A stretch of 64,000 nucleotides of DNA from Gemmatimonadaceae bacterium (GTDB lineage: Bacteria > Gemmatimonadota > Gemmatimonadetes > Gemmatimonadales > Gemmatimonadaceae). Shown in pieces: positions 27,498-36,810 of this stretch; position 1 is the stretch's first letter, and every line of letters starts with the position of its first letter. The notes under the pieces are model-generated. The model had not been told where the DNA came from and did no database searches. It saw only the letters and a list, made by a program, of their open reading frames with translations. The translations under genes and the position numbers were made by a program. The stretch lies in NCBI GenBank assembly GCA_036278895.1, contig DASUKE010000035.1, forward strand, positions 15,433-79,432, given 5' to 3'.

Positions 27498-28775
27498 TCA
27501 CGGTCTCTGTAGATGAGGGTCCGATTCCTTTGTATATGGACCGATCGTATCCGGCTGATTCAGCAGGAACGCTCGCATCACCCGCGCCAGCCGCTCCGGC
27601 TGCATCAACTGGATGTAGTGCCCCGCTCCCGGAAAATAGTACACCTTGAGGTTGGGCAGCGTGTGCCGGTAGTCGAGCACGTTTGGCCAGCCCAGAAAAT
27701 CGCACTCGCTGTACACGACAATGGCCGGCGTCCGGTTCGCGCGCAGGAGATGATGCGGATCGCCGCGCGGCCCGCCGAGTGTCCTGAGAATGGCGACGAG
27801 CGGATAGAAGGCCAGTCCGGGCGGAACGGAGACGTGCGCGGGCACTCCCTTGCAGACCACGGCTCCCGGGTCGAGCAACTTCGCGCCGATATCCGCGGCT
27901 TCACCCTGCGGCAGCAGGTTCTCGGCCGCAGCCGGATTCCTCTCGAAGAGCAATGCGGCCGCGACCAGACGCAATGGCGCTGACGCGCGCGGACCGGCCG
28001 CGGTGCGGCTGTAGTCAACAGCAATGTCCGGGTTCCAGATCGGACCGGGCGAGTGGAATACGACTTTGGCCACGTGCTCGGGGTACCTGGCCATGTAGTT
28101 CGCCGCCAGCGTCGAGCCGAATGAATGTCCCACCAGAATGAGCTTCGCGGCGCCGATTTGCTCGCGGATGGCTTCGAGATCGGCCATCGAGCGCTCAATG
28201 GTGTAGTCCCGCGCGTGCGGCAGGTAATCCGAGAGTCCGCTGCCGGCCTGATCGAAGAGGTACACGCGAAACCCATCGGCCGCGAATTGCCGGTAGAATG
28301 CATGATCGACATCGAACGTGAAGACGCCGGGGCCGCCGTGGAGGAAGACAATCGGCTCCGGCCTGACCGCGACACCCGGAGGCGGGTCGTACTCGCTGTA
28401 CGCGATGCGCGACCCGGTGCGCAGGGTCCAATATTCGGTGTTGGTGCGCGGCACAGGCAGTTGGTGGGACAGCGACGTCGGGAGGAGCACGACGTCATAC
28501 AGCGCGCCTGCAAACACGATGGTGAGCAGACCGCTCACCCACGTTGCGAACCGCGCGCGCCGCTGGACGCGCCAGAGGCGCGCGTCGATCCAGAAGCCAA
28601 TCCAGGCCACCACCGCCAGAGCGGCCACCCCGCTTGCCGCAATGATGCCAATGCGCGCCGTCCACGTCGGCACGATGTACAGGGCCAGCCCGCAGGCCGC
28701 GAGGCCGGCCGCGATCGCGGCCAGGAGCGCGAGCACGGCCACAATGCGCCGCAACCAGAGCACCAGCGGGGTCAT
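27498..28775 (-). CDS. Membrane-anchored alpha/beta hydrolase (proline-iminopeptidase-like)
   Basis: Three N-terminal TM helices. Motifs: FLHGGPGV oxyanion motif, VGHSFGS nucleophile elbow, GAGHY near the C-terminus. Confidence 0.85.
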   Translation of the reverse strand: MTPLVLWLRRIVAVLALLAAIAAGLAACGLALYIVPTWTARIGIIAASGVAALAVVAWIGFWIDARLWRVQRRARFATWVSGLLTIVFAGALYDVVLLPTSLSHQLPVPRTNTEYWTLRTGSRIAYSEYDPPPGVAVRPEPIVFLHGGPGVFTFDVDHAFYRQFAADGFRVYLFDQAGSGLSDYLPHARDYTIERSMADLEAIREQIGAAKLILVGHSFGSTLAANYMARYPEHVAKVVFHSPGPIWNPDIAVDYSRTAAGPRASAPLRLVAAALLFERNPAAAENLLPQGEAADIGAKLLDPGAVVCKGVPAHVSVPPGLAFYPLVAILRTLGGPRGDPHHLLRANRTPAIVVYSECDFLGWPNVLDYRHTLPNLKVYYFPGAGHYIQLMQPERLARVMRAFLLNQPDTIGPYTKESDPHLQRP

Positions 28776-29003
28776 GCAGATTCCTCGAATGGCGGAAGAG
28801 CCGCAACGTGCCGGGCTGACGTTATTCCGCTGTTATCGGGCCGTTACCTCCGAGCCGGGATCGTGTCGCGAAGCGTCTGATCCACGGAGTAATCTCCGCT
28901 GTGCTGCAAGGAGCAACTGGACCGTGAAACGAAAGCGTGTCTGGTCGAATTCCGATGCAGTAATTACATTGTATCTACGTAGCCGCCATTCACATGATCC
29001 GCC

Positions 29004-29252
29004 ATGAAGACCCGCATCGTTTCCATCGGTAACTCTCAGGGCATTCGCATCCCCAAGCTGCTGCTCGAGCAGGCAGGGCTTCAGGGGGACGTCGAGCTTC
29101 GCGCCGAACAGGGGCGTATCGTGGTTGCCGCAATCCGCCGAACGCGAGCCGGATGGGCCGAGGCCGCCGCCCAGCTTCATGCCCGAGGCGAGGATGGCCT
29201 GATTGAAACGCCGGCGCCGGCGTTCGATGCCGTGGACTGGGAGTGGCGGTAA
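29004..29252 (+). CDS. mazE: AbrB/MazE-family antitoxin
   Basis: MKTRIVSIGNSQGIRIPKLLLEQAGL is a SpoVT/AbrB swapped-hairpin motif. The gene overlaps the mazF start by 10 nt. Confidence 0.85.
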   Translation: MKTRIVSIGNSQGIRIPKLLLEQAGLQGDVELRAEQGRIVVAAIRRTRAGWAEAAAQLHARGEDGLIETPAPAFDAVDWEWR

Positions 29253-29587
29253 CTCGCCCCGGTCGCGTTCCAGGCCGCGGCGAGGTCTACCTCGTCGAGC
29301 TTGATCCTGCCCGGGGCAGCGAAATCCGTAAGACGCGGCCGTGCCTCATTGTTTCACCTGACGAGCTGAATCATCAACTTCGTACGGCGATCGTTGCGCC
29401 AATGACCACCGCCGGACATGCCTATCCGTTTCGTCCAGTGTGTCGGTTCGGTGGCAAGACGGGGCGTGTGGCGCTCGATCAACTCCGCATCGTAGACCGC
29501 GAGCGTCTGCGCAAGCACCTCGGCGCGCTGAGCGCGGGCAGCCTGGCCACGGTCTTTGCGACACTGGGCGAAATGTTCGAGCTTTGA
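29243..29587 (+). CDS. mazF: MazF/PemK-family endoribonuclease toxin
   Basis: GEVYLVELDPARGSEIRKTRPCLIVSPDELN...AIVAPMTT...ALDQLRIVDRERL. Confidence 0.85.
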   Translation: MAVTRPGRVPGRGEVYLVELDPARGSEIRKTRPCLIVSPDELNHQLRTAIVAPMTTAGHAYPFRPVCRFGGKTGRVALDQLRIVDRERLRKHLGALSAGSLATVFATLGEMFEL

Positions 29588-29636
29588 TGTTGGGCGCCGC
29601 GCACCCGAATCCACGGCTTTCACAGGTGCTGCCACC

Positions 29637-30053
29637 ATGGCCGAGAACAAGACGAAGGCGACAGGAGCTAGCGTCGAGCAGTACATCGCGGCGATTCAGG
29701 ACGAAGACCGGCGCAAGGACTGCGCGGCGTTGTCCAGGCTGATGGCGAGGGCCACCGGCGAACCGGCAAAGATGTGGGGGCCGGGCATCGTCGGCTTCGG
29801 GAGCTATCACTACACGTATGAGAGCGGCCGCGAGGGCGATTCGTGCATCGTGGGCTTCTCATCCCGCAAGCCCGACATCAGTGTCTATCTGGTCGCCGAG
29901 TTTCCGGGCCGCGACGCGTTGCTCTCCAAACTTGGCAAACACAAGATGGCCAAGGCATGCCTCTCCATCCGGAAACTCGCCGACGTCGACCTGAAGGTTC
30001 TCGAGAAGCTCGTCGTCGCGTCCGTGTCCCAGCGAAAGCGCAACGTGGGGTGA
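29637..30053 (+). CDS. DUF1801 (YdhG-like) domain protein
   Basis: ATG 29637 is in frame with track ORF 29556..30053. The sequence reads VEQYIAAIQDEDRRKDCAALSRLMARATGEPAKMWGPGIVGFGSYHY... Confidence 0.75.
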   Translation: MAENKTKATGASVEQYIAAIQDEDRRKDCAALSRLMARATGEPAKMWGPGIVGFGSYHYTYESGREGDSCIVGFSSRKPDISVYLVAEFPGRDALLSKLGKHKMAKACLSIRKLADVDLKVLEKLVVASVSQRKRNVG

Positions 30054-30139
30054 CAGCCCGGACAGTCCGTAACTTCCGTCGGGGCTGGCTGCCTGTTGCG
30101 ACGCCGCCCCGAGCGCCGGCACGTCACCTCCCGCCCCGG

Positions 30140-32563
30140 CTACTCGCTCCGCAATGATTCCATCGGGTCCACGTTCGACGCCCGCCGGGCCGGCACGTAG
30201 CTCGACACCAGGCCAATCAGCATCATCGCCGCGGTCATCGCCACGAAGGTCCATCCGTCAACGGCCGGCACGCCGTAGAGCAGTCCGCTGAGCACGCGTG
30301 TGGATGCCAGCGCCACCACGAGGCCGATCACCGCGCCAATGCCCACGACGCGCGCGCCCTGGGCCACCACCATCCGGCGCACCCGGCCTGCCTCCGCCCC
30401 CAGCGCCATGCGCACGCCGATTTCCCTGGTGCGCTCGGCCACGATGTACGAGAGCACCCCATACAGCCCCACCGCGCCCAGGATCAGCGCCAGCGTCGCC
30501 GCGACACCGAGCGTCAGCATCGTGAATGACAGCTGGCGCATCGAACGCTTCGCCAGAAATTGCATCGTGTACGTGCGGTACATCGGCGCCTCCGGCGCCA
30601 CCTCGTGCACCAGCGCCCGAATCTCCGGGGCTATCGTCTCCGCGCGCGCGGTCTTCACCACGTATCCCGGTGACGACACGAACCAGCCGCCGGGCTGCGG
30701 ACTCTGGAGAGGCAGATAAACGATCGCTGGTGCCTGACCGCGCCAGTCTTCCTGCTGCACGTCGCCCACCACGCCGATCACCGTCTGCCACGTGCTGTCG
30801 TTCTCCATCAGCACGCGCCGCCCCACCGGATTTTCGCCCGGCCACAGACGGTTCGCCGCGCTCCGGCTCACCACCACATTGCCCAGCGCCGTCGTGTTGT
30901 CCTCCCGGTTGAACGGCCGGCCGGCGAGCACCTTGATGCCCATCGTCCTGAAGTAGTCGCCGGCAGCGACGGTGGCCGACAACGGCGTGCCCGCGCCCGG
31001 ATCCCCTGCCTGCGCCTCCGTGCGGAAGCGCATGGTGGAGAGCCCTTCGTCGAGCGGCACGTTGTCCACGATGCCCACCGACTGCACGCCGGCAAGCGCG
31101 CGCAGCCTGTCCATGAACGCAAGGTGGAACGCCGTCCACGTTGGACCGTCCTTCAACTGCGGCTGATCCGGGGCGAACTGGAAGGTGAAGATGTTCGTGG
31201 TGCTGTAACCAGGATTGACGTGGCTCAGCTTGTCGTAGCTCCGAAGCAGGAGACCCGATCCAATGAGCAGCACCAGCGCGAGGGCCGTCTGCCCGACCAC
31301 CAGACCGTCACGCAGCCAGTGCCGCGAGTGCGTGGCGCCACGCCCTCCCTCGCGCAGCCGCAGCAGATCCGGCGCCGATGCGCGCACGGCGGGCCACAAT
31401 CCGCACGCCAGCGCGGCGACCACCGCCGCGGCGGCCGTGTACATCACGGTGGCAACATCGAGATGCACGTCCGCGAGACGCGGCACCGGTGGCGACGCGT
31501 GCACCATGACCGGAAGCATGATCGCGGACATCACTACCGCCAGCACGCCGGCACCTGCCGCCACCACCGCGGCCTCGGCGAGCTGCAGCCTCACGAGTCG
31601 CGCGCGTCCCGCCCCGAGGGCGGTGCGCACCGCCATCTCGCGGTGCCGTCCCTCGGCGCGCACCATGAACAGGTTGGCGACGTTGGCGCAGGCAATGAGC
31701 AGCACGATCGTGACCGCGCCGAAGAGCACCCACAACGCCCGCGCCGCACTGCCCAGCATCTGATCGCGCAGCGGCCGCGCCACCATGCGCACTGCGCTGA
31801 TCGTCTTCGCGTACTGCGCCGATCCGCCGAACCGCTCGGGAAGCTGCTTCGCGAGCGTGGTGAGCTCCAGCGCAAGCTGCTCCGGCGTTACGCCCGGCTT
31901 CATCCGCGCGACCATCTGGTCGCCGAACCGGCCCGGCGTTACGCCGCCGGCCGTGATCTCCTGCGGGATCCACAGCAGCGTGCCGTCGGTCGGAAAGTGG
32001 AACGACGGCGCCGTCACACCAATCACCGTGCGAAACTCGCCCGACATGTAATACGACTTGCCAATCACCGACGAGTCTCCGCCGAACCAGGTCTTCCAGC
32101 ACTGCCAGCTCAGCACGGCGGTCGTGTTGCCGTCGCCTGCTGCAGGCAGCCGGCCCAGCACCGCCCTGGCGCCCAGCGTCGAGAAGAGCGTGTATGCGGG
32201 CCACGACATGGGAACGCGCTCCACTCGCTGGCCTACGCGCAGCGTGGATGTGCCGCCATTGAACGTGGCGACATCGTCGAGCAGCCGCGATCGCTCACGG
32301 TACAGAAGATAGAACTCATCGGACACGCCGAACTCGCCGGGCAGATTGGACCCGGGTGCCGTCGCCGCGATGTACACCAGGCGGTCAGGTGTCCGGAACG
32401 GCAGGGGATCGATGACCACCCGGTGCACCACGCTGTAGATCGCGGCATTCGCCCCAATGGCGAGGCCGAGGGTCCCCATGGTTACGGCGGCGAACCCCCT
32501 GGAGCGGCGGAGGCTCCGGAGCGCGAGACGCACATCACGAAGCCATTCGGCGAACGATCCCAT
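30140..32563 (-). CDS. ADOP-family duplicated MacB/FtsX-like ABC transporter permease (807 aa)
   Basis: ATG 32563 (MGSFAEWLRDVRLALRSLRRSRGFAAV) lies 14 nt after the upstream stop. Two MacB-type periplasmic domains are each followed by FtsX 4-helix blocks. The C-terminal ...YVPARRASNVDPMESLRSE is typical. Confidence 0.9.
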   Translation of the reverse strand: MGSFAEWLRDVRLALRSLRRSRGFAAVTMGTLGLAIGANAAIYSVVHRVVIDPLPFRTPDRLVYIAATAPGSNLPGEFGVSDEFYLLYRERSRLLDDVATFNGGTSTLRVGQRVERVPMSWPAYTLFSTLGARAVLGRLPAAGDGNTTAVLSWQCWKTWFGGDSSVIGKSYYMSGEFRTVIGVTAPSFHFPTDGTLLWIPQEITAGGVTPGRFGDQMVARMKPGVTPEQLALELTTLAKQLPERFGGSAQYAKTISAVRMVARPLRDQMLGSAARALWVLFGAVTIVLLIACANVANLFMVRAEGRHREMAVRTALGAGRARLVRLQLAEAAVVAAGAGVLAVVMSAIMLPVMVHASPPVPRLADVHLDVATVMYTAAAAVVAALACGLWPAVRASAPDLLRLREGGRGATHSRHWLRDGLVVGQTALALVLLIGSGLLLRSYDKLSHVNPGYSTTNIFTFQFAPDQPQLKDGPTWTAFHLAFMDRLRALAGVQSVGIVDNVPLDEGLSTMRFRTEAQAGDPGAGTPLSATVAAGDYFRTMGIKVLAGRPFNREDNTTALGNVVVSRSAANRLWPGENPVGRRVLMENDSTWQTVIGVVGDVQQEDWRGQAPAIVYLPLQSPQPGGWFVSSPGYVVKTARAETIAPEIRALVHEVAPEAPMYRTYTMQFLAKRSMRQLSFTMLTLGVAATLALILGAVGLYGVLSYIVAERTREIGVRMALGAEAGRVRRMVVAQGARVVGIGAVIGLVVALASTRVLSGLLYGVPAVDGWTFVAMTAAMMLIGLVSSYVPARRASNVDPMESLRSE

Positions 32564-32577
32564 AGGTCTTCCGGCGG

Positions 32578-34929
32578 CTATTCGTCTCCCCTTCCCACCG
32601 CGCCGCGCTCCTGGCGCGGCACCTGAATCACGTAGTCCCGCGGTGGCTCCGCGCCCAGCAGATAGCGCACGAAGTAATCCCACCGGCGCCGCATCATGTA
32701 GTTCGATGCCGCGGCATATCCATGGTGCACATTCGGAATGATCAACTCGTCGAATTCCTTGTTCGCCTTGATGAGCGCGTCGGCCACGAGGAACGTGTTG
32801 TACGGCGGCACGTTGTCGTCCATGGAGCCGTGCACCAGCATCAGGTGCCCCTTCAGATTTCTGGCGACGGTCTGGTTTGCCTCGGCCTCGTAGTTGTCAG
32901 TGCCGTCCGCATTGCGCACGAGCAATCCCTGATAGCGCTCGCCCCAATCGTCTTCGTACTCGCGCTGGTCGTGGTTGCCCGATTCGGCAATGCCCACCTT
33001 GAAGAAATCGGGATAGCGGAACATGGCGTCGGCCGTGATGAAGCCGCCGCCCGAGTGTCCGTAGATTCCCGCCCGCGTGCTGTCAATCCACGGGTAGCGC
33101 TCGGCGAGCTGTTTCATGGCCGCCACCTGATCGGGAAGCGTGTTGTCGCGCCCCATCGCGCCGTAGTACGTGTCGTGAAAACTCTTGGACCTGTACGGCG
33201 TGCCCATCCCATCCAGCGTGACCACCACGAAGCCCAGCTCGGCCAGCGCCTGATGGTCGCCGCGCGCGGCGCTGAAGCTGCGCGACCCTACGCTCCCCGC
33301 CTGCGGGCCCGGATATGGATTGTTGATGATCGGATACTTCGCCGTGGAGTCGAAGTTCGTGGGGCGGAACATGAGCCCGTAGAGCTTGGTCTTGCCGTCG
33401 CGCGCCGTGGTCACAAAGGGAATCGGCGGCTTCCACCCCGTGGCGAGCAGCCGCGAGATGTCGGCGTGGCCGAGCGGCATCACGATGCGGCCATTCGCGT
33501 CGCGCAGCACCACCGTGGGCGGCGTCTCCGGCGTGGACCAGCTGTCAATGAAGTAGCGTCCGTCGGGCGCCATCTGGATGGTGTGGTCACCGCTTTCCGG
33601 CGTGAGCGGCCTCCAGTGGCTGCCGTCGAGTCTCACGCTGTAGTAGTGGCGGAAATACGGGTTCTCGTTCGGTTCGCGGCCGCGCGCCTCCACCACCAGC
33701 GAGTGCGCGCGCTCATCCACGTGCTCGATACCGGTGACGGGCCCCTCTCCCGTGGTGATCGGATGGAGCAGCTTGCCGGAGTTGAGGTCGTAGGCGTACA
33801 GCTCGGCCCAGTTGTTCCGCTCGGAAGACCAGATGATCTCGTGCTCCGGCCACAGCACGCGCCACCCCGCAACCGATTCGAACTGCGTAGGCGAGCTTTC
33901 CTCGAACAGCGTGCGCACCGCGCCCGTTGCGGCGTCCGCGATGCGCACCGTCTCGTGCTTGTGATCGCGCGACGTGCTCACGTAGGCGAGCTGCGAGCCA
34001 TCGGGACTCCAGATGAGGTCCGACATGCTGAGGTTGTCGCCGAGCATCGCGCGATGATAGTCGGGCGGTGTCTGGAGGCGAATGACCTTGCGTGCGTCCA
34101 CATCAATGATGACCCGATGGATCATCGCGACCACGCTGTCGCCGGGCAGCGGATACTTCCACGCGTGCAGGATGGGGTGGCCGACGCGGCTCTCCACCAG
34201 GTACATGTCGCCAACGTGCCGCTCGTCCTGCTGCTGCGTGGCGATCTTTTTCGAATCGGGCGACCAGAGCAGGATGGGACGATCGCTGTGCGTCCACCCG
34301 GCGTTGTCCGTGGCGTAACCGAAATTCTCGGTGCCGTCTGTGGTCAGCTGCGTTTCCTGTCCGCTGGCGGCGTCGCGCACCCAGAGGTTCCAGTCGCGGA
34401 TGAACGCGATGCGCTTGCCGTCGGGCGACGCAACTTCCGGCGGGCCGCCGCGGCCGAAGCGCGAAGGCGCGGGCCGCTCGGGCGAAGTGTCCGTCGCGCA
34501 GGCATGTCCCGCCACGTCGCACTTCCAGTTCTTCCGGCCAATGGAGAGCACGACAGTTTTTCCGTCGCTCGACAGCTCGGCGCGTTCGGCGGGAATGTCG
34601 TTGGCCTGGAAGGTGCCGGCGCCGGCGCGCTCGAGCGCCTGCGCCATGGCGGCCGCATCAAAGAGCGGGCGCCGCGACTTCCTTGCCGGATCCACCAGCA
34701 GCCATTCCGAGCCCTGCAGCGTGGTGTTCCGATAATAGAATCGATCACCGGGGAGCCAGTCGGCGAACACCCGCTCGCCAACGACGAGCGGGTTCACGTT
34801 GAAGGAGAGCATCTTCGCCGCGCGGTCGTAATCCGCGGTGGTGAGTGCGCGCTGCGCGAACAGGGCCGGCGTGGCCGCGAGAGCCACGGCGAGCGCCGCG
34901 GCGGGAATCGAGAGGTGTCTGGTGTGCAT
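32578..34929 (-). CDS. Dipeptidyl-peptidase IV-like S9 serine peptidase (783 aa)
   Basis: ATG 34929 begins a signal peptide (MHTRHLSIPAAALAVALAATPALFAQ). A DPPIV-type beta-propeller is present. Motifs: GIYGHSGGGF nucleophile, HGSMDDNV, NVHHG. Confidence 0.9.
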   Translation of the reverse strand: MHTRHLSIPAAALAVALAATPALFAQRALTTADYDRAAKMLSFNVNPLVVGERVFADWLPGDRFYYRNTTLQGSEWLLVDPARKSRRPLFDAAAMAQALERAGAGTFQANDIPAERAELSSDGKTVVLSIGRKNWKCDVAGHACATDTSPERPAPSRFGRGGPPEVASPDGKRIAFIRDWNLWVRDAASGQETQLTTDGTENFGYATDNAGWTHSDRPILLWSPDSKKIATQQQDERHVGDMYLVESRVGHPILHAWKYPLPGDSVVAMIHRVIIDVDARKVIRLQTPPDYHRAMLGDNLSMSDLIWSPDGSQLAYVSTSRDHKHETVRIADAATGAVRTLFEESSPTQFESVAGWRVLWPEHEIIWSSERNNWAELYAYDLNSGKLLHPITTGEGPVTGIEHVDERAHSLVVEARGREPNENPYFRHYYSVRLDGSHWRPLTPESGDHTIQMAPDGRYFIDSWSTPETPPTVVLRDANGRIVMPLGHADISRLLATGWKPPIPFVTTARDGKTKLYGLMFRPTNFDSTAKYPIINNPYPGPQAGSVGSRSFSAARGDHQALAELGFVVVTLDGMGTPYRSKSFHDTYYGAMGRDNTLPDQVAAMKQLAERYPWIDSTRAGIYGHSGGGFITADAMFRYPDFFKVGIAESGNHDQREYEDDWGERYQGLLVRNADGTDNYEAEANQTVARNLKGHLMLVHGSMDDNVPPYNTFLVADALIKANKEFDELIIPNVHHGYAAASNYMMRRRWDYFVRYLLGAEPPRDYVIQVPRQERGAVGRGDE

Positions 34930-35198
34930 CGGGAGTTGTGAATCGAGAGGAACGCCAACGGAGGAGTCGTTCAAGTATGGGCATCGCTCACCCGCCACGC
35001 CAGCGCACTCCGGCCTCTTCGATACGTCTGGCGTGATCTTGACTTCTCCGCCGGTGCTTCCCAACATTGGCGGCGTGCGCATGGGGCGCCCGCGGGTCCG
35101 CGCGAAGGACTGAGTCCACCCCTCCTCGTTGGTGCCACTGCACGGCTGTCTCCGTGCTGGCCGGCTTGCGGACCGCCGGCATTCAGCATGGAGGATTC

Positions 35199-36797
35199 AT
35201 GACAGCCCGTCAGTTGCCCGCACGCCCAAGCCTGGACCAGCTCCGGCGCCAGGCGAAAGAGCTGCTCCACGCCGCTCAGGCGAACGACCCATCCGCAATT
35301 GCGCGCATGCGCGCGCTCCCGGCATTCGCCACGATGTCACCCGCCGATCTCGCGCGCGTGCCGCTCGCCCTGCACGACGCGCAATCGGTGATCGCGCGCG
35401 AACACGGCTTCGATTCGTGGAACGCGCTGCGCGAACGCGTGGAAGAGCTCACGCTCGAGTTCGACAGCGCGGTGACGGAGTTCATTGACGCCGCCACGAG
35501 TGAACGGCCCGACCGCGCCGCGCGTCTGCTCCACCTGCACCCGGCCATCGCCTCGGCGAATTTTCACGCCGCGCTCCTCTGCGGACACGCCTCGACTGTG
35601 GAGCGATACCTCGCCGCCGAAGCGTCGCTCGCCACCAGAGCGGGCGGACCCCGCAACTGGGAGCCGTTGCACTATCTCTGCCACAATGCGGTTCGCCCCG
35701 AAACCCCCGGCGCGCGCGACGGCGCCGTGGCAATCGCACGGGCGCTGATCGCGCGCGGCGCCAATCCCAACGCGCGATTCCCCTGGCTGCACCATGGCGT
35801 GAACCGCCCGGTGCTGTGGGGCGCTGTGTGCGCAACGGGGTCGCTGCCGCTGGCCGCGGTGCTGCTCGAATCGGGCGCCGATCCCAACGACGGCGTCACG
35901 TTGGCCATCGCCGCGAGCGGCGGCAATATCGATGCGCTCGACTTGCTGCACGCGCACGGTGCCGACTCGAATCAGCCGTGGGCAACCGACGGCTCATCCA
36001 CGCTGTACGCCATTCTGCACTGGGCCGCGGGACCGGCCGGCGTGCTGTGGCTGCTCGAGCACGGAGCCGACGCCGACCCGGTGTTCCCCGCCACGGGCGA
36101 GACGCCGCTGCACCTGGTGGCCGAGCGGTGGGACGTATCGTTGGCCGAGCAGCTCGCCAGTCGAGGCGCCGACATCACACGCCGTCGCGCCGACGGCCGC
36201 ACGCCCTACGCGATCGCGGAGCTGAGCGGCAATCGCGAGGTGGCCCGGTGGCTGCTCGCGCACGGCGCGCGCGATGACATGTCCAGCGCAGACCGGCTCG
36301 TGGCGGCGTGCAGCCGCGGTGACAGTGCCACCGCCAGCGCGATGCTCGCCGCGCAACCGGAGCTGCGCGCCGCCATCGCCACCGCGTACAACGCCGCGCT
36401 CATCAAGGCCGCCGAGCGTGACGACACGCGCGCGCTCGAAACGATGTTGGTTAGCGGCTTCGACCCCAACGTTGCCGACGAGGAGATTGGCAAGACGCCG
36501 CTGCACGCCGCGGCCATGGAAGGCTGGCCCAGCGCCGTGCGCATTCTGCTGGCGCACGGCGCGTCACCGGCGGCGCGCGACAAGGAGTTCCACGGCACGC
36601 CGCTGGTGTGGGCCGCGGAAGGCTCACGCGCGCCGGCACGTGATGGCCGTGACCATGCGGCCGTTGGCCGGCTGCTGCTCGCTGCCGGTTCGCCGCTGGA
36701 CTGGCAGAGTGGCGAGGAGCCCGCACAGGCCGTGCACGACATCCTCGCCGAATGGCAGCGCCGGCCCCCGGCCACTCCGCCTGAACTGGCGGAGTGA
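35199..36797 (+). CDS. Ankyrin-repeat protein (532 aa)
   Basis: ATG 35199 is preceded by GGAGGA. Repeated G.TPLH.A...G....V..LL..GA motifs run throughout, for example GETPLHLVAERWDVSLAEQLASRGAD and GKTPLHAAAMEGWPSAVRILLAHGAS. Confidence 0.9.
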   Translation: MTARQLPARPSLDQLRRQAKELLHAAQANDPSAIARMRALPAFATMSPADLARVPLALHDAQSVIAREHGFDSWNALRERVEELTLEFDSAVTEFIDAATSERPDRAARLLHLHPAIASANFHAALLCGHASTVERYLAAEASLATRAGGPRNWEPLHYLCHNAVRPETPGARDGAVAIARALIARGANPNARFPWLHHGVNRPVLWGAVCATGSLPLAAVLLESGADPNDGVTLAIAASGGNIDALDLLHAHGADSNQPWATDGSSTLYAILHWAAGPAGVLWLLEHGADADPVFPATGETPLHLVAERWDVSLAEQLASRGADITRRRADGRTPYAIAELSGNREVARWLLAHGARDDMSSADRLVAACSRGDSATASAMLAAQPELRAAIATAYNAALIKAAERDDTRALETMLVSGFDPNVADEEIGKTPLHAAAMEGWPSAVRILLAHGASPAARDKEFHGTPLVWAAEGSRAPARDGRDHAAVGRLLLAAGSPLDWQSGEEPAQAVHDILAEWQRRPPATPPELAE

Positions 36798-36810
36798 GTT
36801 CAGACCTCCC

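Noticed and set aside
32722-34941. Very long antisense ORFs in the track. Examples: 32722..34941 (+) 739 aa, 31124..32626 (+), 50780..52654 (+), 52105..53481 (+), 60260..61768 (+), 21835..22998 (+), 7300..8226 (+), 16545..17717 (-), 47863..48900 (+), 25329..26408 (+).
   Set aside because: Each lies opposite a gene with strong family motifs. Their products are Arg/Gly/His/Ala-rich low-complexity strings typical of shadow frames in GC-rich DNA. None has a recognisable motif or a sensible start context.
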